Shown here: in pieces, positions 36,668-48,599 of the stretch
Numbering within the stretch: the stretch's first letter is position 1
Layout of the letters: each line of letters starts with the position of its first letter
Source of the DNA: Dehalococcoidia bacterium
Lineage (GTDB): Bacteria; Chloroflexota; Dehalococcoidia; SM23-28-2; RBG-16-64-32
Assembly: GCA_041481535.1 (NCBI GenBank)
Contig: JBGPBZ010000003.1
Span: forward strand, 1-54,566
Length of the DNA stretch: 54,566 nucleotides
Direction of reading: 5' to 3'
The notes under the pieces: model-generated
Told to the model about the DNA's origin: nothing
What the model saw: only the letters and a program-made list of their open reading frames with translations
The model's database searches: none
Translations under genes and position numbers: made by a program

Positions 36668-37326
36668 CAGTCGCGCCTCTTCATCTCATCGATGATGCGC
36701 TTGAGGTCTTCGAAGACGGCGTCGGCATCACGGTTCCCGTCGATCTCGGTGAGCTTGTTCTGCTTTCGGTAGTGGGAGAGCAGGGGCTCGAGGTTCTTGA
36801 GGTTCACTTCGAGGCGGGTGCGCACGACTTCTGGCTTGTCGTCTGCACGCTGGGTGAGCTGGGAGCCGCAGTTGTCGCAGATGCCGGCTTTGGCTGGCGG
36901 CTGGTTCGTCTCGTGGTAGACGGCGCCGCACTTGGGACAGCTCCAGCGTCCGGCCAGCCGCGAGACGAGCTCGTCCTGGTCGACCTGGATGTAGACGGCG
37001 CGGTCGATCTGGTTGCCTTGCCTGGCGAGCGCGTCGTCGAGCGCCTGGGCCTGCACGGTGTTGCGGGGAAAGCCGTCAAACATGACGCCGCCGCGAGTGT
37101 CGGGCTGGCTCATGCGATCGAGGAGCATGCCGATCGTGATCTCGTCCGGGACTAGCTGGCCGCTATCGTAGAACTCCCTGGCCTGCTTGCCGAGCGGGGT
37201 CTCGTTGCGCATGTTCTCGCGGAAGAGCTCACCTGTCGTGATATGCGCGAGTGCAGTTTCGTCTTTGAGGCGGGCGGCTTGAGTGCCTTTGCCCGCTCCG
37301 GGCAGGCCCAGAAGCACTACGTACAC
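36667..37326 (-). CDS. adk: Adenylate kinase
   Basis: GLPGAGKGTQA, FDGFPR, Zn-lid CxxC. Confidence 0.96.
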   Translation of the reverse strand: MYVVLLGLPGAGKGTQAARLKDETALAHITTGELFRENMRNETPLGKQAREFYDSGQLVPDEITIGMLLDRMSQPDTRGGVMFDGFPRNTVQAQALDDALARQGNQIDRAVYIQVDQDELVSRLAGRWSCPKCGAVYHETNQPPAKAGICDNCGSQLTQRADDKPEVVRTRLEVNLKNLEPLLSHYRKQNKLTEIDGNRDADAVFEDLKRIIDEMKRRD

Positions 37327-37336
37327 GGGACCCGGG

Positions 37337-38704
37337 CTACCGGATGAAGCCTTCGTACTGGCGCATCATGAGCTGCGCTTCGATCTGGCGCAGCGTGTCG
37401 AGGACGACGCCGACGACGATGATGAGGCCCGAACTGGTGATTCCGAATGCGGTGGCGCGCCGCGAGCCGCCGCCAGTAACACCGAGGATGTGGGAGAAGA
37501 AGAACGGGATGATTGCCACGGAGCCGAGGAAGAACGCGCCGGCCCAGGTAATCCGGATGAGGACGCGGTTGATGTACTGCTCGGTGGGGCGGCCGGGGCG
37601 GATGCCCGGCACGAAGCCACCCTGTCGCTGGAGGTTCTCCGCGAGGTTTTGCTGCTGGAAGATGACCATGGTGTAGAAGAACGTGAAGATAATGGTGGTG
37701 ATGGCGACGAATATCCAGTAGCCGATGTTGTCCGGGTTAAAGATCGTCTGCAGCAAGTCACCGAAGCTGGCCATCGTACTATTGCTCGACGCTGAGAAGA
37801 CCTGCCCGACGAACGCCGGGAAGATGATGATCGAGAAGGCGAAGATGAGCGGGATCATACCCGTGGTGTTCACTTTGAGCGGGATATGGGTTGCCCCTGA
37901 CTGTCTATACATACGCCCGGATCTGAAGACGCTACGAGAGTACTGAACGGGGATTCGTCTGACCGCCTCCTGGAAGAAAACGATGTAGGCGATGAGAGTG
38001 CACATCATAGCGGCGAGTCCGAAGGTGACGATCAGGCTCTCGCCGGTGCCGCTGTAGAGGCGGCCGACGATGTACTGGGGCAGGCCGGCGATGATGCCGG
38101 CGAAGATCATGACGGAGATACCGTTGCCGATACCCTTTTCGCTGATCAGCTCACCGATCCAGACGAGGAACATCGTGCCGGCGGTCATCGTGATGACGGC
38201 GGAAAGCGTGGGTAACGCGTTCGGGCCGGTCAGGGAGATGCCGGAGATGCCGCCCTGGCTCTGGACGATGATCAGCTGCCCGTAGGCCTGTACGAAGGCC
38301 ATCGGGACGGCCATCCAGTGCGTGTAGATGTTGATCTGCTTGCGGCCCTGCTCGCCTTCCTTGGAGAGCGCCTGCAGGGTCGGCACGATCGGCACCATGA
38401 GCTGCATAACGATTGAGGCTGTGATGTACGGGTAAACGCCCATTGCGGCGACGCTCATGTTCTGCAGCGCGCCGCCCGAGAAGATGTTCAGGAAGCCGAG
38501 CACGGTGCTGCGCTGGAACAGGTCGTCCAGGGCGACGGGGTTGACGCCGGGCACCGGCAGGTTCGAGACGAACCGGAAGATGACCAGCATCGCGAACGTG
38601 AAGAGAAGCTTCTGCCGGATGTCCGGCTGCTGGATGGCGGCGAGTGCAGCCTGGAGGAGCTGCGTCTGGGGCTTGGCGCCCTGGGCTCTAGCCTGCGTCG
38701 CCAT
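37337..38704 (-). CDS. secY: Preprotein translocase SecY
   Basis: GVYPYITASI, GIGNGIS, PGIRPG. Confidence 0.97.
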   Translation of the reverse strand: MATQARAQGAKPQTQLLQAALAAIQQPDIRQKLLFTFAMLVIFRFVSNLPVPGVNPVALDDLFQRSTVLGFLNIFSGGALQNMSVAAMGVYPYITASIVMQLMVPIVPTLQALSKEGEQGRKQINIYTHWMAVPMAFVQAYGQLIIVQSQGGISGISLTGPNALPTLSAVITMTAGTMFLVWIGELISEKGIGNGISVMIFAGIIAGLPQYIVGRLYSGTGESLIVTFGLAAMMCTLIAYIVFFQEAVRRIPVQYSRSVFRSGRMYRQSGATHIPLKVNTTGMIPLIFAFSIIIFPAFVGQVFSASSNSTMASFGDLLQTIFNPDNIGYWIFVAITTIIFTFFYTMVIFQQQNLAENLQRQGGFVPGIRPGRPTEQYINRVLIRITWAGAFFLGSVAIIPFFFSHILGVTGGGSRRATAFGITSSGLIIVVGVVLDTLRQIEAQLMMRQYEGFIR

Positions 38705-39149
38705 CGCTTGTTAGCTCCACGGCGGTGCCGCCGGCTGCTTCGATCTTCTCTTTGGCTGACATGGAGAATTTGTGGGCGTGGACGGTGAGCTTGTGGGTTA
38801 TCTCGCCCATGCCCAGCACCTTCACGGGGTTGCGGAGGTGCTCTACGAGCCCGGACTGCTTCAGCGACTCCGGCGTGATCTCGCTGCCCTCTTCGAAGCG
38901 CTCAAGGTCGCGCACGTTGACGGGGGAATACTCGACGCGGAAGGGGTTCACGAAGCCCTTCTTTGTGGGGAGGCGGCGCATGAGCTCCGTCTGGCCACCT
39001 TCGAAGAAGCGGCGCGGGTTGTTGCTGCGCGCGTGCTGGCCCTTGATGCCGCGGCCGGAGTAGGTGCCACGCCCAGACGCGTTGCCACGGCCAAGACGGC
39101 GCTTGGAGTGTGTGGAGCCGGGGGCTGGCTTAAGATCGTGGGCTTGCAT
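38688..39149 (-). CDS. rplO: 50S ribosomal protein L15
   Basis: FEGGQ, KIEAAGG. Confidence 0.96.
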   Translation of the reverse strand: MQAHDLKPAPGSTHSKRRLGRGNASGRGTYSGRGIKGQHARSNNPRRFFEGGQTELMRRLPTKKGFVNPFRVEYSPVNVRDLERFEEGSEITPESLKQSGLVEHLRNPVKVLGMGEITHKLTVHAHKFSMSAKEKIEAAGGTAVELTSDGDAG

Positions 39150-39340
39150 TAGCTCTGGGTGTCCTCTGTCACTTCTACGAGGTGGCGGACGGCGTTAATC
39201 ATACCACGTACGGCCCGATTGTCCGGCTGTTCCACGGTGTGGCCGAGCCGCTTGAGGCCGAGCGCTTCGATCGTGCGTTTCTGGTTCTCCTGGTAGCCGA
39301 TGGCGCTCTTTTTCCAGGTGATTTTCAGCTTATTGTCCAA
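39149..39340 (-). CDS. rpmD: 50S ribosomal protein L30
   Basis: KSAIG...ALGLKRL...VRHLV. Confidence 0.95.
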   Translation of the reverse strand: MDNKLKITWKKSAIGYQENQKRTIEALGLKRLGHTVEQPDNRAVRGMINAVRHLVEVTEDTQS

Positions 39341-39866
39341 TGGTCGCCTCCGAAGAGAACTGGCGGCGGCGCTCGAGGACTTCCTTGGCCGAGCGCATCT
39401 GGGAAAGGCCGAGGATGGTGGCCTTCACGGTGTTGGCGTGGTTATTGGAGCCAAGCGACTTGGCGACGGCGTCTTTGACGCCGGCCATCTCCAGCACGGC
39501 GCGCACGCCGCCGCCGGCGATGAGGCCGGTGCCCTGGGGTGCAGGCTTGATCAGCACCTTGGAGGCTCCGAAGCGGACAAGCACCGGGTGCGGGACGGTC
39601 GTTCCCTTCATGGGGACGCGGATCATGTGCTTACGGGCAACGGTGGAGGCCTTGCGGATCGCCTCGGGGACCTCGGTGGCCTTGGCCATGGCCGCACCGA
39701 CGACGCCGTTGGTGTCGCCGACGACGACGATGGCGGTGAAGTGGAAGCGCCTGCCTCCCTGCATCACCTTCGCCACGCGATTGATGAAGACGACCTTCTC
39801 CTGGAGCTCGGAGTCCCCGGTGTCGACTCGTTCCTTCTTTGCGATGTATTTTCGTGGGTTCGACAT
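39330..39866 (-). CDS. rpsE: 30S ribosomal protein S5
   Basis: [21 protein letters not shown]. Confidence 0.96.
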   Translation of the reverse strand: MSNPRKYIAKKERVDTGDSELQEKVVFINRVAKVMQGGRRFHFTAIVVVGDTNGVVGAAMAKATEVPEAIRKASTVARKHMIRVPMKGTTVPHPVLVRFGASKVLIKPAPQGTGLIAGGGVRAVLEMAGVKDAVAKSLGSNNHANTVKATILGLSQMRSAKEVLERRRQFSSEATIGQ

Positions 39867-39881
39867 GTGTTGCCTCAGTGC

Positions 39882-40250
39882 CTAGAACTTTACGCCGGAC
39901 TTGCGGACGGCGTCGGCCAGCGCCTTGACGCGTCCGTGGTAGCGGTTGCCTCCGCGGTCGAAGACGACTGTGGTGATGCCGGCCTCTTTGGCGCGCTTGC
40001 CAAGCGTTTGCCCGACGAGGTTTGCGACCTCGCTCTTCTTCTTGCTTGTCGCCTCCTTGCGGACTTCGGCGTCCTGGTCGGAAGCGTGGGCGAGCGTGTG
40101 GCCGGCCGTATCGTCGATCACCTGCGCGTAGATGTGGTTGAGCGAACGGTACACAGCCAGACGCGGCCTCTCCGGCGTGCCGGAGACGGTGTGGCGGACG
40201 CGGATGTGCCTGCGTATGCGGGCGGCTCGTGCTGTCTTAGTACCCTTCAT
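39882..40250 (-). CDS. rplR: 50S ribosomal protein L18
   Basis: [21 protein letters not shown]; start trimmed to MKGTK. Confidence 0.95.
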   Translation of the reverse strand: MKGTKTARAARIRRHIRVRHTVSGTPERPRLAVYRSLNHIYAQVIDDTAGHTLAHASDQDAEVRKEATSKKKSEVANLVGQTLGKRAKEAGITTVVFDRGGNRYHGRVKALADAVRKSGVKF

Positions 40251-40257
40251 CTCGATC

Positions 40258-40803
40258 CTACTTCTGGGCCTTGCCGGCCTTGCCGGCCTTGCGGCGGACG
40301 TATTCGCCGACGTAGCGGATGCCCTTGCCTTTGTACGGCTCCGGCGGGCGGATCTTGCGAACGTCGGCGGCGACCTGGCCGACCTGCTCTTTGTTGATGC
40401 CGCGGACGACGATGCGCGTCGTGCCTTCGACGTCAAACTCGATGTTCTGCGGCGGGTTGATGGTGACGGGGTGAGAGAAGCCGATGGCGAGCACGAGGTC
40501 CTTGCCCTGCATCGAGGCGCGGTAGCCGACGCCCTGCATCTCCAGCGTCTTCGAGAAGCCCTCGCTGACGCCGGCGACCATGTTGAAGACGAGCGATCGC
40601 GTCAGGCCGTGGATCGCGCGATGTCGCGGCTGGTCTGTGGGCCGGCCGATCGTGACAACGCCCGCAGTCTGCTCCAGCGTCATCTCCGGGCTGATGTCGC
40701 GCTCAAGCTGGCCCTTCGGACCCTTGACGGTCACGTGGGTGCCTTCGGCGCGGACGTCGACGCCCTTCGGGAGCTGGATCGGTAGTTTTCCTACACGGCT
40801 CAT
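40258..40803 (-). CDS. rplF: 50S ribosomal protein L6
   Basis: [20 protein letters not shown]. Confidence 0.97.
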   Translation of the reverse strand: MSRVGKLPIQLPKGVDVRAEGTHVTVKGPKGQLERDISPEMTLEQTAGVVTIGRPTDQPRHRAIHGLTRSLVFNMVAGVSEGFSKTLEMQGVGYRASMQGKDLVLAIGFSHPVTINPPQNIEFDVEGTTRIVVRGINKEQVGQVAADVRKIRPPEPYKGKGIRYVGEYVRRKAGKAGKAQK

Positions 40804-40807
40804 CGCA

Positions 40808-41206
40808 TTACCACACGTAGGCCAGCACTTCGCCGCCGAGGCCGCGCTTGCGGGCTTCTTTGCCCGTCATCACGCCCTGGGGCGTCGAAAGGATAGCGAT
40901 GCCGAGGCCGCCGTAGACACGCGGGATCTCGCCGCTGCCGGCGTAGACCCGCAGGCCCGGCTTGCTCACGCGGTCCAGGCCGGTGATCATCGGCTCGCGC
41001 TTGCCGCCGTAGGCGAGATGCACGCGGACTTTGGCGTGGATGCCCTCGGCGACGGGTTCGAAGTCCTTGATGTAGCCTTCCTGCTTGAGAACCGAGGCGA
41101 CGGCCATCTTGAGTTTGGAAGCGGGTACGTCTGTGTAATCGTGCCGCGCGACGAGCGCGTTACGAATGCGGGCGAGCATGTCAGCGATGGGATCAGTAAT
41201 AGCCAT
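40808..41206 (-). CDS. rpsH: 30S ribosomal protein S8
   Basis: [20 protein letters not shown]. Confidence 0.97.
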   Translation of the reverse strand: MAITDPIADMLARIRNALVARHDYTDVPASKLKMAVASVLKQEGYIKDFEPVAEGIHAKVRVHLAYGGKREPMITGLDRVSKPGLRVYAGSGEIPRVYGGLGIAILSTPQGVMTGKEARKRGLGGEVLAYVW

Positions 41207-41209
41207 GGT

Positions 41210-41398
41210 TTACCAGCTCGACTTCTTTACGCCCGGGATGTTTCCGAGGAGCGCATGCTGCCGGAAACAAATACGGCAGAGCGCGAACTTCCGGATGAAG
41301 GCCCGCGGCCGCCCGCAAAGACGGCAGCGATGCCGCAACCGGCCCGGGAACTTGGGCGTCTGGTGGAACGTCTTTTCGTAGAGTGCTTTTCGGGTCAT
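41210..41398 (-). CDS. rpsN: 30S ribosomal protein S14 (zinc-binding type Z)
   Basis: RCRLCGRPR...LCRICFR...KSSW. Confidence 0.96.
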   Translation of the reverse strand: MTRKALYEKTFHQTPKFPGRLRHRCRLCGRPRAFIRKFALCRICFRQHALLGNIPGVKKSSW

Positions 41399-41404
41399 TG
41401 GTAC

Positions 41405-41971
<567 letters not shown>

Positions 41972-41973
41972 CG

Positions 41974-42318
41974 CTAATCCACCACCGCGTCGCACTTCTT
42001 GCAGAAGCGGACCTTGCGCCCACCGGCCATGCGGAAGCCGATGCGCGTTTGCTTGTTGCAGCTCACGCAGATGAGCTGGACGTTCGCCCAGGAGATCGGC
42101 GCCTCACGCTCGATGATGCCGCCGGGCTTGTTCTGGCCGCGCGGCTTCATGTGGCGCTTCACCAGGTTCACGCCGGTGACGATGATGCGCGCGGGCGAGG
42201 GCGCGCCGTACTTGTCGGTCTTTTTGCCGGCAGGTATGACCTTGCGCACCTGGCCTGTGCGGCCGCGGTCGCGGCCCTTCAGCACCATCACGTTGTCTTC
42301 ACGCTTGATCTTGTTCAC
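41974..42318 (-). CDS. rplX: 50S ribosomal protein L24
   Basis: [21 protein letters not shown]. Confidence 0.95.
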   Translation of the reverse strand: MNKIKREDNVMVLKGRDRGRTGQVRKVIPAGKKTDKYGAPSPARIIVTGVNLVKRHMKPRGQNKPGGIIEREAPISWANVQLICVSCNKQTRIGFRMAGGRKVRFCKKCDAVVD

Positions 42319-42320
42319 AG

Positions 42321-42689
42321 CTAAACCACTTCCGGAGCCAGGGATACGATCTTCATATAGTTTCGTTCGCGGAGCTCGCGGGCGACGGGGCCGAAGATGC
42401 GAGTTCCCTTGGGGTTCTGGTCGTCGGCGAGGATGACGGCAGCGTTCTCGTCAAAGCGGATGTACGAGCCGTCCGCCCGGCGCCAGCCCTGGGCGGCGCG
42501 CACGACGACGGCCTTCACGACCTCGCCCTTCTTGACCGCGCCGCCGGGGGAGGCGACTTTGACCGAGGCGGTGATGATGTCGCCGACGCTGCCATAGCGG
42601 CGCCGCGAGCCACCCATCACCTGGATTACCATCAGCGACTTCGCGCCGGAGTTGTCGGCGACGCGCAGCCGGGAGTATTGCTGAATCAT
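42321..42689 (-). CDS. rplN: 50S ribosomal protein L14
   Basis: [15 protein letters not shown]. Confidence 0.97.
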   Translation of the reverse strand: MIQQYSRLRVADNSGAKSLMVIQVMGGSRRRYGSVGDIITASVKVASPGGAVKKGEVVKAVVVRAAQGWRRADGSYIRFDENAAVILADDQNPKGTRIFGPVARELRERNYMKIVSLAPEVV

Positions 42690-43285
42690 TCGTTTCCACC
42701 GTCCACGGGTTCGAGGGCTTCGGGCGGCGCGTCGGCCTGCACCGGCTCCTCCTCTTCGATCGGCGGGACTTCGACTTCGAGCGGTCCGGCCTGCTCCTCC
42801 GACATCGCCTCGGGAGCGAGCGCCTCGGGGCCCGCGTCTTCCATGACGACTTCTTCGCCGGACAGAGCACCTGCGGCCGCGGGCTCAGGTTCGATGGCAG
42901 CCGGCGCATCCGCAGCTTCGCTTTCCGGCGAGGCGGCGGCGCGCACGGGCGGCTCTTGCGGCGCGGCGAGCTCTTCGATGAGCGTGCTGTCGATCGCCTC
43001 GGGGGCGAGCTCCGCAACCTCGACGTGAGAGAGCACTTCGGCGACGCGCCAGCGCTTCTTCTTAGAGACGGGCGAGGCCTCGACGATGAGGACACGGTCG
43101 CCAATCTTGGCGACTTCGTCCTGGTCGTCAGCCATGTACTTGCGGACACGACGGATCGTCTTCTTGTAGAGGGGATGGCGGATAGCGGAATGCACGGCCA
43201 CGACCACTGTCTTCATCATCTTGTCGGAGACGACGGTGCCTTCGCGGACCTTGCGGCCGCCGTAGACGCCCTGGCCGGCCGTCAT
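42686..43285 (-). CDS. rpsQ: 30S ribosomal protein S17 with acidic C-terminal extension
   Basis: [25 protein letters not shown]; ~105-aa E/A/P tail. Confidence 0.94.
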   Translation of the reverse strand: MTAGQGVYGGRKVREGTVVSDKMMKTVVVAVHSAIRHPLYKKTIRRVRKYMADDQDEVAKIGDRVLIVEASPVSKKKRWRVAEVLSHVEVAELAPEAIDSTLIEELAAPQEPPVRAAASPESEAADAPAAIEPEPAAAGALSGEEVVMEDAGPEALAPEAMSEEQAGPLEVEVPPIEEEEPVQADAPPEALEPVDGGNE

Positions 43286-43518
43286 GCCTTGCCGCCCTTC
43301 TGGGTGGCGAGCACGCGCTGCCGTTCGATCGTCTTGAAGCGCGCGATTGCCCTGCGCACCTTCGGGATCTCGCGGTGGTTGGCGAGTTGCAGCGTTTCCT
43401 TCTGGAGGTTGAGAGCGAACAGCCGCCTGTAGGAATCCTCCAGCCCTTTCTTGAGCTGCGGGTCCGTCAGCTTGCGGATGTCATCGATCTGCGTTTTGGT
43501 CTTGCTCTTCTTTGCCAT
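43282..43518 (-). CDS. rpmC: 50S ribosomal protein L29
   Basis: IPKVRRAIARFKT; position between rplP and rpsQ. Confidence 0.92.
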   Translation of the reverse strand: MAKKSKTKTQIDDIRKLTDPQLKKGLEDSYRRLFALNLQKETLQLANHREIPKVRRAIARFKTIERQRVLATQKGGKA

Positions 43519-43520
43519 GC

Positions 43521-43920
<400 letters not shown>

Positions 43921-43934
<14 letters not shown>

Positions 43935-44748
43935 CTGTCGTCTCTTCTGTAGTGGCTTCTGCAGTTGGCGCTGGCGCTTCTACGGCCGGGGTTTCTGCGA
44001 CTGGTGTCGGCGCCGGGGCTGGGGCTTCAGCGGCCGGTGCTGGAACTGCTGCTTCGGTGGCGGCTGCGGCTTCGCCCTCGGCGGCGATTTCGGCGTCCTG
44101 CTGCTTGCGGCGCTGCACACGGGCGATCTGATGATCGCCCTTGTAGATCCAGACCTTGACGCCGATGCGGCCCATCGTCGTGGCGGCTTCGGAGGTGCCG
44201 TAGTCGACATCCGCCTTCAGCGTGTGCAGAGGGACGCGGCCCTGGCGCTCCTGGTCCTTGCGGGACATGTCGGAGCCGCCGAGACGGCCGCTGATCTTGA
44301 TACGCACGCCCTTGGCGCCGCGCTGCATTGCGCGGAGGGCGGCCTGCTTGATCGCGCGGCGGTGAGCGACACGGCGCTCGATCTGCTCGGCGACGGCTCG
44401 GGCGACCAGGGGTGCCTCGACTTCGGGGACGCGGATCTCGTTAATGTTGACGCGGACCTTGGCGCCGGAGAGCTTCTCCAGCGAGGTGCGGAGCTCGTCC
44501 ACGCGCTGGCCGCCGCGGCCGATGACGATGCCGGGGCGCGCGGTGTGGACGCTGACTGTGATCTGATTGGCGTTGCGCTCGATCTCAACGCGCGCGATGC
44601 CGGCGTCGGGGAGCATCTTCTTGATAGCGGCGCGTATCGCGAGATCGCCGTGCAGCATTTCGGTGTAGTTGCGATCGGCGTACCACTTGGAGTTCCAGTC
44701 GTAGATGTAGCCCAGGCGGAAGCCGTGCGGGTGTACTTTCTGTCCCAT
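43921..44748 (-). CDS. rpsC: 30S ribosomal protein S3
   Basis: [22 protein letters not shown]. Confidence 0.97.
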
Positions 44749-45089
44749 TATCGGTTGTCCTCTTCGACGACGATCGTCAGGTTGCTCCGCCGGCTGTGCG
44801 TGGTGTCGCCGCGGCCGCGGGCGCGTGGGCGCATGCGGCGCAGCTTCTCGCCTTCGGAGGCGTTGGCCAGAGTTACGCGCAGCGTGCGCGGGTCCATGTT
44901 GTAATTGTTCTCGGCGTTGGCGGCGGCGGAACGCAGCGTCTTGGCGACGACGCGCGCGTGCGGTGTCGGCATGAAGCGGAGGATGCTCATCGCTTCGTCG
45001 ACGCGCTTGCCGCGCACGTGCTCCAGGATGATGCGCGCCTTCTTCGGCGGCACCGGCGCGGAGCGAGAGAAGGCTCGAACGGCGACCAT
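44748..45089 (-). CDS. rplV: 50S ribosomal protein L22
   Basis: [16 protein letters not shown]; start trimmed to MVAVRA. Confidence 0.95.
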   Translation of the reverse strand: MVAVRAFSRSAPVPPKKARIILEHVRGKRVDEAMSILRFMPTPHARVVAKTLRSAAANAENNYNMDPRTLRVTLANASEGEKLRRMRPRARGRGDTTHSRRSNLTIVVEEDNR

Positions 45090-45421
45090 TATCCGCCTGC
45101 TCTCGGTGCGGCCGGGGCAGCGCCGCCGGCGGCCGGCTTGCCGATTTTCGCGGTCTGCGCTGACTTCGAGGTGTGGCCGCGGAAGGTCCGCGTGGGCGCG
45201 AACTCGCCCAGCTTGTGGCCGACCATGTTTTCGGTGATGAAGATCGGCACGTGGCGGCGGCCGTCGTGCACGGCGATCGTCATGCCGACCATCTCGGGCA
45301 GGATCGTGGAGCGCCGTGACCACGTCTTGATCACGGTCTTCTGGCCGGACTGCGCAACCTTCATCACTTTTTCGAGAAGGTGCGCATCGGCGAAGGGGCC
45401 TTTTTTCGTTGAACGTGACAT
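45089..45421 (-). CDS. rpsS: 30S ribosomal protein S19
   Basis: [21 protein letters not shown]. Confidence 0.96.
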   Translation of the reverse strand: MSRSTKKGPFADAHLLEKVMKVAQSGQKTVIKTWSRRSTILPEMVGMTIAVHDGRRHVPIFITENMVGHKLGEFAPTRTFRGHTSKSAQTAKIGKPAAGGAAPAAPRAGG

Positions 45422-46251
45422 TAGGTCTGGAACCTCCGCCGCACGATGTACTTGTTGGTGTCTTTGCGCCGGCGCGTGCGCTTGCCGAGCGTTGGCTTGC
45501 CCCACGGGCTCTTCGGGCCAGGCAGACCGATCGGGGCCTTGCCCTCGCCACCGCCGTGCGGGTGGTCGACAGGGTTCATGACGGTGCCGCGTACCTTGGG
45601 CCGGCGGCCCATCAGGCGCCTGCGGCCGGCGCGGCCCAGCTTGATCTGGCTGTGCTCTGAGTTGCCGACCTGGCCGATCGTGGCCATGCAGTCGGCGTGG
45701 ACGCGGCGCACCTCACCGGAGGGGAGGCGGATCGTGGCGTAGTCTTCGTCGCGGCCGAGCATCTGGGCGGAGCCGCCGGCGCTGCGCACGATCTGCGCGC
45801 CTTTGCCGATGTGCATCTCGATGTTGTGAATGATCGTGCCGGAGGGAATGTTCCGCAGCGGCAGCGCGTTGCCCGGCTTGATCTCGGCGTCGGGGCCGGA
45901 CATCACCGTCTCGCCGACCTGAACGCCGGCGGGCCAGATGATGTAGCGCTTGGCGCCGTCCGCGTAGTTCACGAGACAGATGCGGGCCGAGCGGTTCGGA
46001 TCGTACTCGATTGTAGCGATCTTGCCGGGGATGCCAGTCTTGTCGCGCTTGAAGTCGATGTCGCGCAGGCGGCGCTTGGCCCCGCCGCCGCGGTGGCGAA
46101 CAGAGATCTTGCCCTGGTTGTTGCGGCCGGCCTTACGCGGCCGCGACCTGGTGAGCGACTTTTCCGGCTTCTTCGTGGTCAGCTCTTCGAACGTGTAGCC
46201 GGTGGCGCCACGACGTCCAGGCGATGTTGGTTTGAAGATTCGAATTGGCAT
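45421..46251 (-). CDS. rplB: 50S ribosomal protein L2
   Basis: [21 protein letters not shown]. Confidence 0.98.
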   Translation of the reverse strand: MPIRIFKPTSPGRRGATGYTFEELTTKKPEKSLTRSRPRKAGRNNQGKISVRHRGGGAKRRLRDIDFKRDKTGIPGKIATIEYDPNRSARICLVNYADGAKRYIIWPAGVQVGETVMSGPDAEIKPGNALPLRNIPSGTIIHNIEMHIGKGAQIVRSAGGSAQMLGRDEDYATIRLPSGEVRRVHADCMATIGQVGNSEHSQIKLGRAGRRRLMGRRPKVRGTVMNPVDHPHGGGEGKAPIGLPGPKSPWGKPTLGKRTRRRKDTNKYIVRRRFQT

Positions 46252-46253
46252 CT

Positions 46254-46553
46254 CTACATACCCTCAAACAGCTCTAGCTTGTCGTCCGGCGCGAGAGTGA
46301 CCACGGCCTTCTTCCAGTCCTGGCCGGCTTTCATGCGATTGCCGCGGACGCGGTGGGACTTGCCCTTCATCACCATTACGTTGACGGCGGTCACCTTTAC
46401 ATCGAAGCCCTTTTCAACGGCTTCGCGAACCTGAGCCTTGTTAGCGTGCTTCTGCACCTCGAAGGCGTACTTGTTTTCGCCGTGGAGACGCGTGGCCTTC
46501 TCGGTAATGAGCGGCCGCATGAGGACGGAGTGGGGGTTCAGCGCCTTAGGCAT
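46254..46553 (-). CDS. rplW: 50S ribosomal protein L23
   Basis: [15 protein letters not shown]. Confidence 0.96.
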   Translation of the reverse strand: MPKALNPHSVLMRPLITEKATRLHGENKYAFEVQKHANKAQVREAVEKGFDVKVTAVNVMVMKGKSHRVRGNRMKAGQDWKKAVVTLAPDDKLELFEGM

Positions 46554-46555
46554 GC

Positions 46556-47653
46556 CTACTCACCCTCCTCAGTCTTCCTGGCTGTGCGGCGCTTCGGCTT
46601 CTCTTCGCCTTCAGTCGCGGGCTTGTCCGCCTTCGGACGTGCGGCGCGCTTGGGCTTGTCGCCTTCGGGCGCGTCGCCCTCAGCCTTAGGCTCGGCCTTC
46701 GGGCGACGAGCGGCGGGCTTCGGGGCTTCTTCGGCTGTCTCAGTCGTTGTTTCCGTCGTCGCCTCAGCCTTCGGCGCGCGAGGGGTGCGCTTTGGCTTCG
46801 CTTCCGTCTCAACGGTTGCTTCGGCGACCGGGGCTTCGTCGGTTTCCGCCTTCGGGACAAAGCGAGTCTTGCGGCCTGTCGGCGGCTCTTCGGCTTCGGC
46901 CCTGGCGGCGGGCGCTTCATCTGCCGGCTCGTCTTCGCGGCGGGCCTGGCTGCGGCGCGACGGTGCTTTCGGCTTCTCTTCGATAACCAGCTTCTGGCGC
47001 GGGGCGAGACGGACGCCGTCAGCGGCCTCTTTCTTGCCCCAGAGCTTTTCGGCGACACGCACTGCCTCTTCGGTCATGAGCAGGCCGGCGTGGTTCATCA
47101 TGTCGACGACGTTGAGGTACGCCGCCGGAATGGTCTTTGTCTTGTCGAGGTTGCGGACGCTGGCGAGCACCATGCGATCCATGTTGCCGGTGACGACGAG
47201 CGCGGACCGCTCGAAGCCGACGACGTTGAGGAGGCGCATCATCTCTTTCGTCCTGGGCGCCTCCATGGACAGCTGGTCGATGACGACGAGCTGGCCGTCG
47301 GCGAGCTTGCCGGAGAGCGCAGAACGAATGGCGAGGCGGCGCATCTTCTTGGGCATGTCCTTGGCGTAACTGTGCGGCCGCGGCCCGAAGACGATGCCAC
47401 CGCCGACGCGGTTGGGGGCGCGGATGCTGCCTGCGCGCGCGGCGCCGGTGTACTTCTGCTTGCGGATCTTGCGGGTGCTGCCCTGCACTTCGCCACGTGT
47501 CTTGGTGCTGTGGTTGCCGCCGCGCATGTTAGCGCGCTGGGTGACGTAGGCCTGGTGGAGGACGGGCATGTTCGGAGTAATGCCGAAGACTGTCTCGTCC
47601 ACGTCAAGCTTGCGCAACTCTTTGCCCTGGGCGTCCATCACCGCGAGCTTCAT
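46556..47653 (-). CDS. rplD: 50S ribosomal protein L4 with long charged C-terminal extension
   Basis: [23 protein letters not shown]; ~150-aa tail. Confidence 0.95.
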   Translation of the reverse strand: MKLAVMDAQGKELRKLDVDETVFGITPNMPVLHQAYVTQRANMRGGNHSTKTRGEVQGSTRKIRKQKYTGAARAGSIRAPNRVGGGIVFGPRPHSYAKDMPKKMRRLAIRSALSGKLADGQLVVIDQLSMEAPRTKEMMRLLNVVGFERSALVVTGNMDRMVLASVRNLDKTKTIPAAYLNVVDMMNHAGLLMTEEAVRVAEKLWGKKEAADGVRLAPRQKLVIEEKPKAPSRRSQARREDEPADEAPAARAEAEEPPTGRKTRFVPKAETDEAPVAEATVETEAKPKRTPRAPKAEATTETTTETAEEAPKPAARRPKAEPKAEGDAPEGDKPKRAARPKADKPATEGEEKPKRRTARKTEEGE

Positions 47654-48285
47654 CGCCGGGCCTTGCCTCTCGGGGACTTGCGTATCTTTACGATCTTGCC
47701 GTTGCTGCCGGGAACGGAGCCGCGCACCATCAGCACGCCTTTATCGGGATCGGTACGGACGACTTTCAGGCTCTTTACGGTGGCCTGCTCCGTGCCCATA
47801 TGACCGGCCATCTTCAGGCCCTTCCAGACCTTGCCCGGGCTGGTGCCTGCGCCAACGGAGCCCGGTGCACGCAGACGATCCGACTGACCGTGCGTCTTGG
47901 GGCCGCCGCGGAAACCCCAGCGCCTGACGACGCCGGTGAAACCACGGCCGATCGTCGCGCCGGAGACGTCGACGAGGTCGCCGACCTCGAAGATCTCGCA
48001 GCCGACTTTGGCACCCCGCTCCCACTTGCCGATGTCGTCCACCTTCATCTCGCCGATGTAGGCAAATTTACCGAGGTTACGGAGGTGGCCCTTCATCGGC
48101 TCGTTGACCTTCTTGCGAACGCCATAGCCGACCTGGACGGCGTTGTAGCCGTCGGTATCGGACGTCTTCACCTGGACGACAACGTTCGCGGTCGTCTCGA
48201 TGACGGTCACAGGGATGGCCTCGCCGTTCTCTTCGAACAGCTGCGTCATCCCGACCTTGCGCCCGTAAATGCCTTCAATCGTCAT
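47650..48285 (-). CDS. rplC: 50S ribosomal protein L3
   Basis: KVGMTQ, MAGHMG, GSVPG. Confidence 0.97.
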   Translation of the reverse strand: MTIEGIYGRKVGMTQLFEENGEAIPVTVIETTANVVVQVKTSDTDGYNAVQVGYGVRKKVNEPMKGHLRNLGKFAYIGEMKVDDIGKWERGAKVGCEIFEVGDLVDVSGATIGRGFTGVVRRWGFRGGPKTHGQSDRLRAPGSVGAGTSPGKVWKGLKMAGHMGTEQATVKSLKVVRTDPDKGVLMVRGSVPGSNGKIVKIRKSPRGKARR

Positions 48286-48590
48286 AGCTTGATCTCGATG
48301 TCCACGCCGGACGGAAGCTGGAGGCGCATCAGCGCGTCGACAGTCTTCGGCGATGGCTCAAGAATGTCGACGATCCGCTTGTGGGTGCGGATCTCGAACT
48401 GCTCCTGCGAGTCCTTATCGATATGAGGGGAGCGGACGACGCAGAACTTCTGGATTTCGGTAGGGAGAGGTATTGGGCCGGCGACGGCAGCGCCCGTGCG
48501 CTCAGCAGCCTCGACGATCATCACCGCACTCTGATCGAGAATGCGATGGTCGAAGGCGCGGAGCCTGATGCGGATTTTCTGGCGTGCCAT
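48282..48590 (-). CDS. rpsJ: 30S ribosomal protein S10
   Basis: [27 protein letters not shown]. Confidence 0.97.
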   Translation of the reverse strand: MARQKIRIRLRAFDHRILDQSAVMIVEAAERTGAAVAGPIPLPTEIQKFCVVRSPHIDKDSQEQFEIRTHKRIVDILEPSPKTVDALMRLQLPSGVDIEIKL

Positions 48591-48599
48591 CTGTCCTAC